NCBI GenBank assembly: GCA_039545335.1
Contig: BCIN01000001.1
Coordinates: 674,208 to 738,207, forward strand
Origin: Kondoa subrosea
Lineage: Eukaryota
Direction: 5' to 3'
Length of the DNA: 64,000 nucleotides
Positions 30,849 through 43,306 of the stretch are shown here, in pieces (position 1 is the stretch's first letter; every line of letters begins with the position of its first letter). Both the position numbers and the translations under genes were made by a program. A model generated the notes under the pieces. That model was given only the letters and a program-made list of their open reading frames with translations. It did not search any database and was not told where the DNA came from.

Positions 30849-33248
30849 ATGGAATCTTTGCCCATGCAGCCTGCATCTGTTTCATATGATGGCTATTTCT
30901 CCTCGCCCAAAAAGCAGCCCTTCAAGACGCCTTCACCTCCTTTGGGTTCCTGGCCATCTCCTGCGTCTCCTGCTTTGACAACAGCTACTTCTTCGCCTTC
31001 AATATGTGGCAGTCCAGCAATGACGCGAAGCGACTCAGCTCACAGCATTCTTGTCATGTGGGATGGAGGCAAATTGAAGGCGCGGGAACCTGAGTCCTTG
31101 GATAATGCTACAGAAGCGATAGGATTAGGCTTTGAGAGCCCTTGCAGTAATCCAGAGATCCCAGATGATGTGAGCATACTTGGAAGCATGTCAAACAGAG
31201 GTCAGTCGAAATGAGAATAGTTTCTTCAAGACACTGACAATGGCGCATACAGGCTCTCCGGAAGTAGAACGTACGGATAGACTGTCGAATCTACCTACTT
31301 ATTCACCATTCATGCATCGCAATCGATTTTCATCTTCTGGCTTTTCCGGAACTACTTCTGGCTCTCTTTCCGATAGCTCAAGCACAACTCTAGTCAGTCC
31401 TAAAGACAGCATACAATGGAATACAGATTCAGACAAGACCATAACTCTTCTACCTCAACCGAAATCAAGGATCAATTCTGCGCGGCAATCACTAGACGAC
31501 GCAGCATCGATCTTCACAGTCTCTGCTTACTGTGATCCAGAAATGACTTCGCCTCATACATCAGACACAGCTCATCATCGCATATCTAGTTCAAGTACGG
31601 ATAGCTCTCGGCTTCTTTTAGGCCTCGAAAGAGCAAGGCAATTGCAACGCAGCAGAGCATCGACCATGGAAAGCATCTCTCGCTCTCGACCAGTCTCACC
31701 AGCAGTCTTACCTCCTGCGTCCTTATCAGACCGCCAGAACAAGCTTTTCGACCCTTCTTACAATCCTGTTGCACCCGAATCCAAAACTTTGCCCTTACGG
31801 GCGCACAAGTCTTTTGAAGCATCAACCAAGACAAGCGCTAGAGCATGCAAAGGCACTCCACCACCTCTTCCAACCAAAGAAGGGGATCTTTTTGGTTTGC
31901 AAAACGGTTCACCTTCAGCCAAACAAGCCGCTTACCAAATGTTCCACGAAGATTATGATGAGCCAGAAGCCTATAACGAATCGGATGCACCACCTACTAT
32001 TGCACTAGTGATTGATCAAGAAGGTTTCCGAGAAGTAGAAGCTACTCTTTCTTTTCATCGCTTCAATTTGGATACTCAATTGTTCGAATATTTGGTCAAT
32101 GAGAAAACTCCTTTACCTTACAATTGGTCTAAAATGCAAAGCGATCCGGTCTTAAGGAAACTTATGGTTCCATTGTATGGTGAAAAGGATTTCTTGACTA
32201 GACAAGCGAGTTTGAGTTTGAAGGATAACGGGATTTGGGAAGTTCATGGGAAAGAAGGGAGGAATGGAGCTTGGAAGTTTACCTATCAAGTTGAAGATCG
32301 ATTGAGTTTGGTTGGCAAAGCAAAATCAGGAGAGAAGAATATCGTCCCTTTGCGATTCACTTGTTCGCCCGAAGTATTAGATTCTTCTAGACGGGTAAGC
32401 TTATATCTTCTATCAAATAGATAGCTGACTGAGAGTCGAAACAGGTCAATGTCTTTCGCAAACTGGGCAAAACCTTGACTCCCAAAATCAGTGCTTCGCG
32501 ACTCAATTCTCGATACTTCGGAGATGAGCAAGTACCTCCCGTGCCCTCAATCTGCAGGAGCCATCAGACCTCTCTTTCTTCGCGCACTTCAAGCGAATCC
32601 GGTAGTCTTCTCTCAAGACACTCTCAACCTTGCACTCCAGCTACAACAGCTTCGGACCACTCTGGTGAATTATCAAGACAGCAAAAGTATTTCTACAATC
32701 ATATGCTACAGACTTCGCCTGTCCTCCGTCAAGAAGGCTTACGACCCTCAACAGCCCGACAAGCAACTCCGACTCGACCTGTTCTTTCAGCCAATTCTTA
32801 CTTGGCTCGACCCTCAACGGGTGTAGCAGATCTTATGATGGCACCTCCATCACTTCGCTCTCCAGCTATGCGACCAGCTACAGCCGATCCAATCTTGCAT
32901 GCTTCAAATGCAGTTTACCTTCAAACACCTCTCACACCAATGTCAAGACCTCCTTCAAGACAAAGAGCCTTATCCAGACCTTCTACACCAAATTTCACTC
33001 CTCGAAGTGCATCTTCAATGAGTACGCCAAGAAAAGAACAAATTCCCATGACTCCGCCTAGAAGTTCGAGTTTGAACAACAATAATATGACGAATGAAGC
33101 AACACCTAGAACAACCAAAAGACCTGGAACTGCAGAAAGTACTTTGGGAAGATCTAGAGCTGGCTCTACTGGTCAAAGAGTACGACACAAAAGTATATCT
33201 AGGTTGTTGCCTTTTGATAGTCTCAACTTCACTTCTAGTAGTACATAG
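30849..33248 (+). CDS. Hypothetical Ser/Pro-rich protein with a central ~130-aa globular segment
   Basis: Three long ORFs joined by GT-AG introns; ordered segment LVIDQEGFREV...PLRFTCSPEVL; family not recognised. Confidence 0.6.
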
Positions 33249-33453
33249 AGAGGAGTTTTCTTGTTGTTGTTTGGTTATTTATTTCTGTTGTACATAGCTT
33301 CTATACTGTATGTGATTACTGCATTCCAGATCAGCAGAGACATTCTCGAGTTCGGAATTCTCATCCCCTTGACCTGTGACTATCAACTTCCGAATATATC
33401 CTCTCTCTGCCTTATTCTATACCTGTACTACCTCTAATATAGAACAGCACAGG

Positions 33454-34980
33454 ATGGCTATAGTCAAACAAGCTAAGAAGACGGATCCTACAACGAAACT
33501 CAAGAAATTGCAAGCTAAAGGCAAATTGAGTAAGAATGCAAAGAAAAAAGCTTCAAAGTTGAAGCGCAAGGCTTTACAAATGAGTTGTACGCTGTCCCTG
33601 TCTTAGTATTGATGTAGCGAGGCTGATTACTTATGGGTTTGCGATAGATTGCTGGTATTGTCGGTTTGGATGCTTTCTGCGTGTGCTTGAGCTCATGTGA
33701 ACGCTTCCGTCTGACAGGCGAAAGAGAATTCGAAGACGACAAAGGTGCGCTACCTTCTCAGATGAGATTATGGAAATCTTAAATGAGTGTGTGCTGCACA
33801 GTTCTACTATCTCATCAGAAAGCCAAACATTTCAAATGCCCTCATTGTCCGCGTCGACTCAATACAGCAGGTGGTCTAGCAGTGCATATTGATCAAGTAC
33901 ACAAGCTTGGTACGGATAGGATCGAAAACGCTATTCCTGGTAGAGACACCTTTGATGTGGAAATCTATGGAAGTCAGTAGATCTAGCAGTTGAGTATTTT
34001 GTACACTTCTAAGCTGACGAACCGACAGTGGAAGGTATTCCACCTCATGATTTGGCGGAATGGAAAAAGAGGAAAGAAATTGAAGCTGGAATCAGTGCCG
34101 GAGCACAAGAAGCTGCTGCTCATGCAGTAAAGAACAAGATTGACATGACTGTGATTCCGCAAGATGAATTAAGGAAGAAGTTGGCTGCACATAAAGACTT
34201 GATGGAAGGCAAGATCGCACCTTCAGCTATTCTAGGAGGAGGTCCACCGCCGCCTGGCCTTGTTCCATCTCCTTTCTCAATGCCTGGCATGATGTCTGGG
34301 TCAGTCGATCTGTCGATTATTTGGGTCTGCTTCTTAGACTGATGCAATGCTCAAACAGACCACCTGCTTTCCCTGGTCTGCCAGCACTTCCAGGCTTGGG
34401 TCCTCCACCTCCAGGTCTACCAATGCCGTGAGTTGAGGTCAATCATGCTCTATCCTCGAGCTGACGGTATTGGCTTTATATTCACAGACCGCCTGGATTC
34501 CCTCTCTCTTTACCTCCTGGTATGCCTCTGCCACCCCCAGGCATGCTTCCACCGCTTCCAGGTCTTCCACCTTTCGGATCAGCGCCAGCTCCCGCTCCAG
34601 GTCTTATTCCGGGCAATCTTCCACCACCTCCTCCCTTTGCTGGAATGATGCCTCCTCTTCCTTCTGCTCTACCTTCTTCTATGCCACCTATGCCAGCTGC
34701 ACCAAATGCAAATGCGCATGGGGATATGCCAGTACCGGATTCTTCTTCAATGTTGAAAGCGGATCAGAAGTTGTTGTATGCTGATAACGATACAAGTCCG
34801 GTCAGCGTGAATACTATGGCGCTTCAGATTAGTACTGATGCTATAGTCTTCGTTGGTGACAGGAGGAAAAGAGAGCGAAACAACCTCGTTATGTAGTAAA
34901 GAATGACATGAACGAAGCAGAAATGAGCGCAGATGGACCTGTAGGGGAAGTTAAAGGTAGACCAAAAGCATCTGATTTGA
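33454..34980 (+). CDS. ZNF207/BuGZ-like C2H2 zinc-finger protein with a Pro-rich tail
   Basis: [41 protein letters not shown] assembled from micro-exons; LLYADNDTSPEEKRA C-terminus. Confidence 0.85.
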
Positions 34981-35048
34981 TCTAAATGTACATCATATGT
35001 ATAACATTGCATGAAGTTTTCCTCTTCTCTCCCTCTATATTTCTGTGA

Positions 35049-35621
35049 TTATTGTTCTTCTAATGACCAGTCTCCTGATTTCCCGCCTGATTTGCTGATG
35101 ACTTTTACATTGGTGATACACATTTCTGTCCCACTGATAGCTTTGAGCATATCCCAAACAGTTAAACAAGCTACTTGCACAGCAGTGAGCGCTTCCATTT
35201 CTACACCCGTTGAACCTTCCGTTTCCGCTGTTGCTTTCACTTTTATACTGTTTTCTTCCAGTTTGAGATCCACAGAGACATGTGAAAGAAACAAAGGATG
35301 ACAAAGAGGGATAAGGCTAGAAGTTTGTTTAGCTCCCATGATACCAGCTAATTGAGCTACAGTCAGCACGTCTCCTTTCTTGTTCTCGCCTGATTGCAAG
35401 AGTTGTACAGCGGTAGTGTTGATTTGTATGGTCCCTATGGCTGTAGCTTGACGTAAAGTAGCTGGTTTGCTCGAGACGGAAACCATCTTGGGTTTACCGG
35501 TTGCGGAATCGAAATGCGTCAGTTTCGCTTGACGAGATGTCGAGCTCGTAGAGAATAGTCGAGCTTGATTCTTTTGTATCAAGAAAGGCGCATATAGTGT
35601 TTTGGGTCGAGTTGACCATTT
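35049..35621 (-). CDS. moaC: MoaC/MOCS1B domain (cPMP synthase); no own in-frame ATG upstream of the conserved domain
   Basis: LTHFD, KKGDVLTVAQLAGIMGAKQTSSLIPLCHP, TGVEMEALTAV, KSGGKSG. Confidence 0.93.
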   Translation of the reverse strand, partial: KWSTRPKTLYAPFLIQKNQARLFSTSSTSRQAKLTHFDSATGKPKMVSVSSKPATLRQATAIGTIQINTTAVQLLQSGENKKGDVLTVAQLAGIMGAKQTSSLIPLCHPLFLSHVSVDLKLEENSIKVKATAETEGSTGVEMEALTAVQVACLTVWDMLKAISGTEMCITNVKVISKSGGKSGDWSLEEQ

Positions 35622-35685
35622 CTGATAAGCATTCACTTAGCAAATTAAAGAAGAGTCAGAACGAAATACTCACTTCAAACAAGCT

Positions 35686-37343
35686 TCACCCACCAATATG
35701 TACCATAGGAGCATTCTTAGCAGCAGCCAGAAGTTCAAGATCTGAAAGCACAATAAGCAATGAAGAAATCCGACAACCGGATTCTAGAAGCTAGCGCTCA
35801 CTGGATTTCCCATCATGAGCAAATTTCTTTCCCTTGATAGCTAAGGAGATCTGATGCAGAATTTCTGAATCGGCAGAACCGTTCCGCAATAGTGGTCGAA
35901 GTGAAAGTTTAGCTGCACCAAACAGGCAGACCTGTACAACAGCCATATTAAAGATGAGAAGATTCTCAAACTTTCATCAGGTGCTGTACCTTGAAACGAC
36001 CATCAGCTGCCAATCGTAATCTTGAACAGCCAGCGCAGAAATGTTCCGTCATGCTAGAAATGAATCTGTTCTATACATCAGCAAAGCGTTTCATGGGCTG
36101 TTTGTTTGACTCACCCGATATTCCCTTGCCAATCAGGTGCTTTGTACGTCTTTGCAGTATCTGAGATCACAGAAGGCAGAGGAGCCAAATCCGGTTGCAA
36201 TGCTTGAATTCTTTCGAGCAAATCTTTAGTAGGTACAAGCTTTGCCGTTGCCCACGAGTTATCTGTCGAGCACGGATACAATCAGCTGATGTACAGCTGA
36301 TGGATTGTCGGTACCGACCATCGAAAGGCATGTACTCGATGAATCTTATCCCGACTCTAGATCGACGAGCTAGATCCATGAAGCCTGGTAATTCTTCATC
36401 ATTGACTCCTTTGATCATGACTACATTGAGCTTGACAGAAGATAAATGTTTGCCTCTTTCCGCTTTTGAATTCGGAGGATGTAAGAGAGAAATAGCTTTA
36501 TGTAACGAATTGAGCACTGCTGAATGACCTGTTCGGTACAGACCCACCAATCAGACTATGCTGAGAGTTTGAGATCTAGTCGTACCTCTTCGCCTGGTCA
36601 TCAACTCGAACTTGAATTCGTCGAGGGTGTCCAAACTGAGGTTTATGTTTGTCAAACCCGCTTGCACTAGACTAGGAAGTTTGCGATGTAATGCTAATCC
36701 ATTTGTAGTCATTCCCAGAGAAGTTATAGAGGGCATCTGCGTCAATTGAGCTGTCCATACAAGCAAATCCTAATCAAAAAGAGCTTGATAGGCTGTTGTC
36801 CCGACGGACCTATTATAGACTGTAGATCTGTCCGAATGGTCGGTTCTCCTCCTGTAAGTCGGATCTTGCTTATCCCATTTAAAGCAAAGAGTTTTGCGAC
36901 TGTGATCTTGGGGCTCGTACATTGTACAACAAAGCGAAGCAGCAAATCTCACCTCTAATGATCTCTTCCGTCGAAAGCATGTTCTCTTTCGGACTCAGCG
37001 GAACTCCATCAGCAGGCATACAATAAGTACCTTTCGCCTCAATTTCAGCATTCGCCCAATCAAAGTATCGCGATCATGGATACTCACAACGCAGATTGCA
37101 TTTCTCTGTTAGTGAGATGCGCAGATAATCATGACCTCGACCAAAGGAATCCGTCAGAAAAGGTGAAACCACCGTTCCATTCCTAGCATCTATCCGTTTA
37201 ATCTGATTACGAGCTTGATATTGCTTCTCTTCTATTGCTACAGCTTGTTGTGAGAGTGAGATAGTAGAGCTACACAGGGACCGATGCAGGACGGGAGAGA
37301 TTTTGTTATGCTGCTTGATAAGCGTTCGTGAGGGAAGCGACAT
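35686..37343 (-). CDS. moaA: MoaA/MOCS1A radical-SAM GTP 3',8-cyclase
   Basis: [53 protein letters not shown]-terminal PMVHIGG* with the stop at 35688-35686. Confidence 0.93.
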
Positions 37344-37496
37344 CCGTCTTGAGTTTAGCGGGACACGGATGAACGCGAACCAATCACTCGTGGGTATCAA
37401 AGTCAGTAGCAGGCTGTTATATGTTCGCTGTACCAGGAAAACACACTAGGCTATTTATCGTGATTATGTGAGACTGGGTCATTCCAGATCAGCGTC

Positions 37497-38876
37497 ATGG
37501 CCGTGGGAGATACTTTAGTAAGCATTTCAGCCCTCGTATCACCCGCTTTATAAGAGGCTAAGACGAACAGCGCGCAGGTCACGGCAGGCCATGAAGGACA
37601 TTTAACGAAAACAGAAGAGGCCAAGCTCGAGAACATGATGGAGCAGCTGGAAGGCCACCCTGTTTTCACTCCTCCTCCTAAGAACTTCTCTCGAAACTAT
37701 GTGCTGCGTTTCCTTCGCGCAAGGCAGTTCAAAGTCGATGCCGCTATGACCATGCTTGTGATTTCTTCTTCGATCTCTTCTTCCTGTCTCTTGTTTCTTA
37801 AGTACATATGTTGTCAGGTAGAATCACAGAAATGGAGAGAATCCTTTGGAGCGGAAGACGTCTATCAGAATTTCAAGTTTGGGGAGGAAGAAGGCCAAAT
37901 CATAAATCAGATGTATCCTCAGTACTTTCATAAGGTCGATAATCTTGGGAGACCGCTATATGTGATTACCCTTATCCATTTTCTGAAGGCAGTCGTGCTG
38001 ATCTGTGGTTTCCACTAGATCATGCGATGTATACTCTGCATCCTTCTGCTTAGCCTATAGAGCTGATACTACTGCAGGTGGTGTGAGCGATGTCAATGCG
38101 CTATACCAACATACAACAGCAGATCAATTGACCAAGAACTTTGTCGCGACTATCGAAAGGGTCATACGGGTAAGCTTTTACAAATCTATTCTTATCATGT
38201 TTGACATCGCTCTAGGACAAATACCCTGCTTGTGCTAAAGCGAAAGGAGATGACCTGATTGACTCGACTTTCATCGTGATGGATATGTCCGCGACTGGAC
38301 TGACGCAGTTTTGGGCTTTGCGAGAACCGTTGAAGAAGTATGACTAGCTACTGTTATCGGCCGTGTCGATGTCGCTGACTACTTGGTATAGTATCATCGA
38401 TTTCTCACAAAATTACTTTCCCGAAACTACTGGTCAGTTTGTGCATCGTTTCAGCTACGTGAAGAAGCTTAAGTATCATGGACTGAACAGGACGGATCAT
38501 GTATATTCAAACTTGTTCCATACTTCCGGTCTTGTCTGATAAGTATCTGGCGACAGTATTATCAACGCGCCTTGGGTTTTTACATCGATTTGGAAGATAG
38601 CGAAAACTTGGTTGTCAGAGGTCGGTCGCGTATCTTCAATTTCGCTGTAGGTGCGATTTTCAGAATGTGGAACAACAGGAAACGATCTCGAAAATCTCCA
38701 TACATGGAGCAGACTATCTCGATACTTTAACGCAATTGGTACCGGTCGAGAATATACCTCGGGATATTGGCGGGAAATGCACGGAATGCGTTGACTGTAA
38801 GACGAGCGATGTGGGGCCTTGGAATGTTGACGGCGCAAAGAAACAGCACGAGGCTGAACAGACGGTTCAGGCGTAA
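37497..38876 (+). CDS. Sec14/CRAL-TRIO lipid-binding protein
   Basis: VLRFLRARQF, YPQYFHKVDNLGRPLY, QNYFPET, IINAPWVF, NIPRDIGGKC, SDVGPW. Confidence 0.85.
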
Positions 38877-39022
38877 TCGGAAAGAGGATGAATGTTTGAA
38901 GTACATTAGCATTGGATGCATTGCATAGCATAACATACCCAATCGAGCGTGTTTACTGTTTCGACATGTCTTGACTTCGACTGCTCAACTTTGTCTCTTG
39001 CCGTGTTTTTCTTACCTAGACA

Positions 39023-40187
39023 ATGAGGACGATTGTAGCGACAGGTGATGTTTCCCCTTCTGTTCAATTCCCATTCCTTAATTCGTCCATGTAGGAGCTC
39101 ACTCTGGTCTTGTACTTTCCGTTTCTTCTGCTTTACTTTCGTATCTTCTCATACTTTCCATTTCAGGGCTTCGAAGCTCTGAAGCATTTCTTCTCCTTGC
39201 AAAGTTCTTCTCAAGCTCGTCTTTATCTAGGCTGCAGACAGCCAGAGCTCGCTACCCCGCGAATCGAGGCAGAAGCTTCGACAGCACATGAGTTCCGCTG
39301 TATACCTCTTGATCTGCGTTCGTCAACATCGGTCAAGACTTTCGCTACTACAGTAACGAACTCGCTGTCCTCGCAAATCGATATTCTTTTGCTCAGTGCT
39401 GGAATCATCAAGAATAGTCGCCCATTCGAAAGCAAAGGTCAGTATGGCGAGGATTTCATAGTCAACTCGTTATGTGAGTAGTTACATATCAAGCCTAGCC
39501 AGACTGATGATGTCTCCAGCTCAACAATATCTCGTTCAGCTTCTTCGGCCGCATCTATCGCCTCAAGCTAGAATCGTCTTTGTTGCTTCAGCATTGCACG
39601 CTAGAGTAAAGGACTTGAGTAGGTTGCTTTGATTCACCTGGAACGTTCTTGCTGATCTTCGTTGGCAGATCAGCTGGATGCTATTCTCAAAGGCGAAATC
39701 GAATACGATGCAATGCAAAGTTACAGTGCAAGCAAGTTTGTACAAATGCTCGGAGCTCAACAGCTACATCAAAAATTGGAAGGCTGTCAACAATCCGTGG
39801 TAGCAGTCTCTCCAGGTCTGTTCGCCTATGTTTGCGAGGTCTGAGGCTGATGGCAAGAGCTAGGCTTTGTCCCTCAGACACAACTGAACAGAGAGCTATC
39901 GCTTATCAAAAGGATAGGGATGAGTTATGTCATGCCTTGGCTGCCCTTCACGACGAGCCCGGTGGACGGTATATTCAAAGACCTTTCGGTCTGCCGACTC
40001 TGACCATTTCCTAATAGGCGGACGAGCAATCTATCGTGCTATGATTGAGGATCTGCCTACCAGAGATTCAGCCCAAGATGTCCTTTACCTAAATCCGAAG
40101 GATGAGATAGTCGCACCTCACACGTTGACAAAAGATGCACAACTGCAACGGAAGTACTGCCCTGGTATGTGCTATACTGACAAATAG
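39023..40187 (+). CDS. Short-chain dehydrogenase/reductase
   Basis: MRTIVATG...G N-terminus across micro-exons, PLDLRS, IDILLLSAG, RIVFVAS, YSASK (YxxxK), VSPG. Confidence 0.75.
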
Positions 40188-40285
40188 AATCCACATGCTT
40201 ATGTAAAGCAGAAAATCACAAGGAATTGTTGGACATATGGAATGCTTCAATTTGTACTTGATGTTGTAATGATATTGTACATTGC

Positions 40286-41466
40286 TCATTGAGAGCAGAA
40301 GTCCACAAGCAATTGCTGAAATTCCTTAGGCTTTTCTGAATGCACCCAGTGCCCAGCTCCTTGTACAACTTCCAGCTGCATTTGCGGGAAATAGCCTCTT
40401 GTTAGACCTTCGTTCTTATGATTGATGTACTTGCTCTTCTCTCCCTTGATGAACAATGCAGGCTTTTCAAATGTCCGCTCTTCAGGATCATAGGGGAACG
40501 TCCCAATTTCATCTAGACCTTCTTCTAGATTTTCAAGCGATATCCTCCAATGCAATGCGGGTCGTTCGTCGGTCTTGACAAGATTTGTGAGCAGCCATTG
40601 TCGTATTCCAAAGTCCTGTACGATGCCAACGAGTCTGAACTTCGATATCGAAGAAGGAATTCATAAGCACGTACAGCTTCTACTTCTTTGAGTACATTCT
40701 CAGCGTCTTTCCGAGTCTTTATTTCTCCCGCTTCTACACCAGCTTGAACTTTCTTCATCGCTTGCAAGTATTTAGCAAAGTCGGGACTGATTTTTCCTCG
40801 ACTAGGTGCAATATCCACAACGATCAGCTTGGAAAGTAGATGACCATGTTGCGGGCTCAATGCGAGTGACACTGGCTATCGCAATCAGCCGACTTGACCA
40901 TCAAAGAAGAAATACTAGGAGGCTAACTTGCTACTTTGCCTCCCCTGATTGCTTCATCAGCTCTCTCTCAGTATTAGAGAAGAGTGTACCAGCTTACAAA
41001 GAGTGTCCAAGAAGGATAACATCCTTGAGATTACTCTCTGTAATGAACCGAGCTACATCGTTTGCTAGAGCGGTGAAAGTAGCTGGACGTGCGTGCGGCG
41101 AAGCTCCATGATTGCGCAGATCCTACTTCATGTAAGCATACAGAGATTATCAGGTAGAAATAGAGCGCGTACGAGGGCATAGATGTCCCTGTTTATGCGT
41201 GGACTAAGTGCTTTAGCTATCGACCTGAAATTCTGTTTGCTTCCACTGCCAAAGGAGAACAGAGGTAATAAATAAGCAGTGCGAACCAGATCTAAGGGAG
41301 AACAGACTTGCTAGAGTCCGTGTAAGAAAATCAATGGTCCAGCTTGATTCTGTGGGGAGGCAGTAGGAAAGGATTCAGAAGCCAGCAATACGCTCTCTTG
41401 CGTTGTAGAAGGAGTAGTACTGATTGAGCGGAGAACACTTTGCAGTCTAGGTAAAGCGCGAGCCAT
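40286..41466 (-). CDS. ABHD11/YbfF-like alpha/beta hydrolase, probably mitochondrial
   Basis: Presequence-like N-terminus, LIFLHGL, DLRNHG, GHSLGGKVA (spliced), LIVVDIAP, AGHWVHSEKP. Confidence 0.87.
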
Positions 41467-41554
41467 TGCTGCAAGATCAAAGTATTGGAAGAACATCATG
41501 TGTCATTGCATGGGCTTATATGTACATCTAGACAGATATGTATCAAGTGTCCTT

Positions 41555-43055
41555 CTAGGAAATGCCCCAGTGTAGTTTTGCAAAGTCTGACGCCGCTTTG
41601 TATTCTTCGCGCTTCGAAGCGAGCTCATCGGGTTTGAGCCAACTATCTGGCATCTGCAGCAGAAGTACAGTGTTAGCTAAAGACGCAGCCATGGGTAGTT
41701 CCGCTTGCCTGTGTATAGCCATGCTTGAAGTTTACTCTGCAGAATATTTCAGAGGACGATGATGAATCGATAATGCCGCACTCACGATCTAACAACCACA
41801 TCATCTGCCCTACTAGAATCATGAATATGTTTGACCCCTTTTTTCGAGCTGAGCTGTCATCTTAATCGCGCGGCTGGAATAGACTCACAAGCCTGGCTTT
41901 GTTCCGCCAAGGTATCAATCTCAGTCAGGATCAACAGGCTCTTTGCATTCTTGTGCAGATATTTAGCAGCATTCGCCAAACCAGGCGAAGCTCTCAACTG
42001 AGCACACTCGTTTCGAGGTAAATAGGTAGGAGTGAGCGTATCGGTGATCGAAAGCTTCTTGAAGATGGATTTCGACTGTGGGTAATTTGCAGGCCTGGAT
42101 CGTTGAGATGGAAGAAGCCTTGCGTCAAAAGAAGGATAGAAGAGAAGGAGTGGAATTGGATGAGGAAAGTCGGTTGGGATGATTGATGGCCAGTCGGGTA
42201 GCGAGATAGCTGAGTTCAGGGCGAGGTTTCCGCCGGAAGAGAAACCAGCTACTCCAATCTTGGTTTGATCGACCGAGACCCGCTTTTGTTTCTTGCTGTA
42301 AACGCAGTTCAGCAGATCCTTTGATTCGGCTGAGTTAGGGTCCAGCATCGCTTTCAAGCAGTCTTCCATGCTATTTACTATTGTGAGAGCATAACACACA
42401 GTAACAAGGGAAAACTTGCTCTTCGATAGCTGCTGGAAAGGTATATGTAGGTCCGAGACGGTAGTCCACGTTCAACACGAGCGCGCCGGTAGTCTTTGAC
42501 ATCATGCTACAGAAAGGACTATCTTCCAGTGGTGATCCGAGGACAAATCCGCCGCCATCTGATATACACGTTATCTAGCTTGGAATCGACATGGAACAAT
42601 ATCAAACATACGAAAGGACAGCACTGTACCAAAACTCATCTCGTTACTCCTTGATAGGAATTATTGATCTGAAGCACGTACGCAAAGGCATCACAGCACC
42701 ATCCTGTACATCGTCCGGTACCGTCAAGAGCATTGAGATCGTTCGACCTTTCTCCCTAGACTGCATCTTGTATCTGAAAGGAATAGGAGGATCGCAAGTA
42801 ACCTTCAAGGCCAGATCGGGTACCATTCTCGGAGCTTGGACGAGGGAAGATTTCCAGAGCACATCGCTAACAAAACATGCAGAATGAGATCGAATCCTGT
42901 TGACGACAGGAAGCAGTAAATCACAAAGGCATCTTGTACCATGATGTGCGTTTGGACACAGGTCTGGGATCAGCCCGATATTCTTCATCCGCTGCCTGGG
43001 ATTGAGCTTCAGTTTCAACGGTGGGCGTCGAAGTCCTGTCTAGAGGGCCAGGCAT
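41555..43055 (-). CDS. HSL-family (Abhydrolase_3) esterase/lipase
   Basis: GGGFVLG, VDYRLGP...FPAAIE, AGFSSGGNLA nucleophile motif, EIDTLA. Confidence 0.78.
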
Positions 43056-43306
43056 ATTCAAAGGTATCTTAGCAATACAAGGTATAGTGTAAGCTCCGAG
43101 CTATCAGTGGGTATGCTCGATGTCCGAAGGTGGGTGTTCAGAAGCAACAAGTTGCAATGACGATTGAGATTCGCGCGAGATCCTGAGGAGGTATTGATGC
43201 AACATATGCAGACTACTATGCATAACGAAACAGATGCTAACAGACTATATGCTAACTGAACATGAAAAGATGTCAAAACGGAAATTGAGATGCCAAAGTG
43301 CTGAAA

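Noticed and set aside
38900..43100. SDR plus two hydrolases as a secondary-metabolite cluster
   Set aside because: No backbone enzyme (PKS, NRPS or terpene synthase) or cluster regulator nearby.
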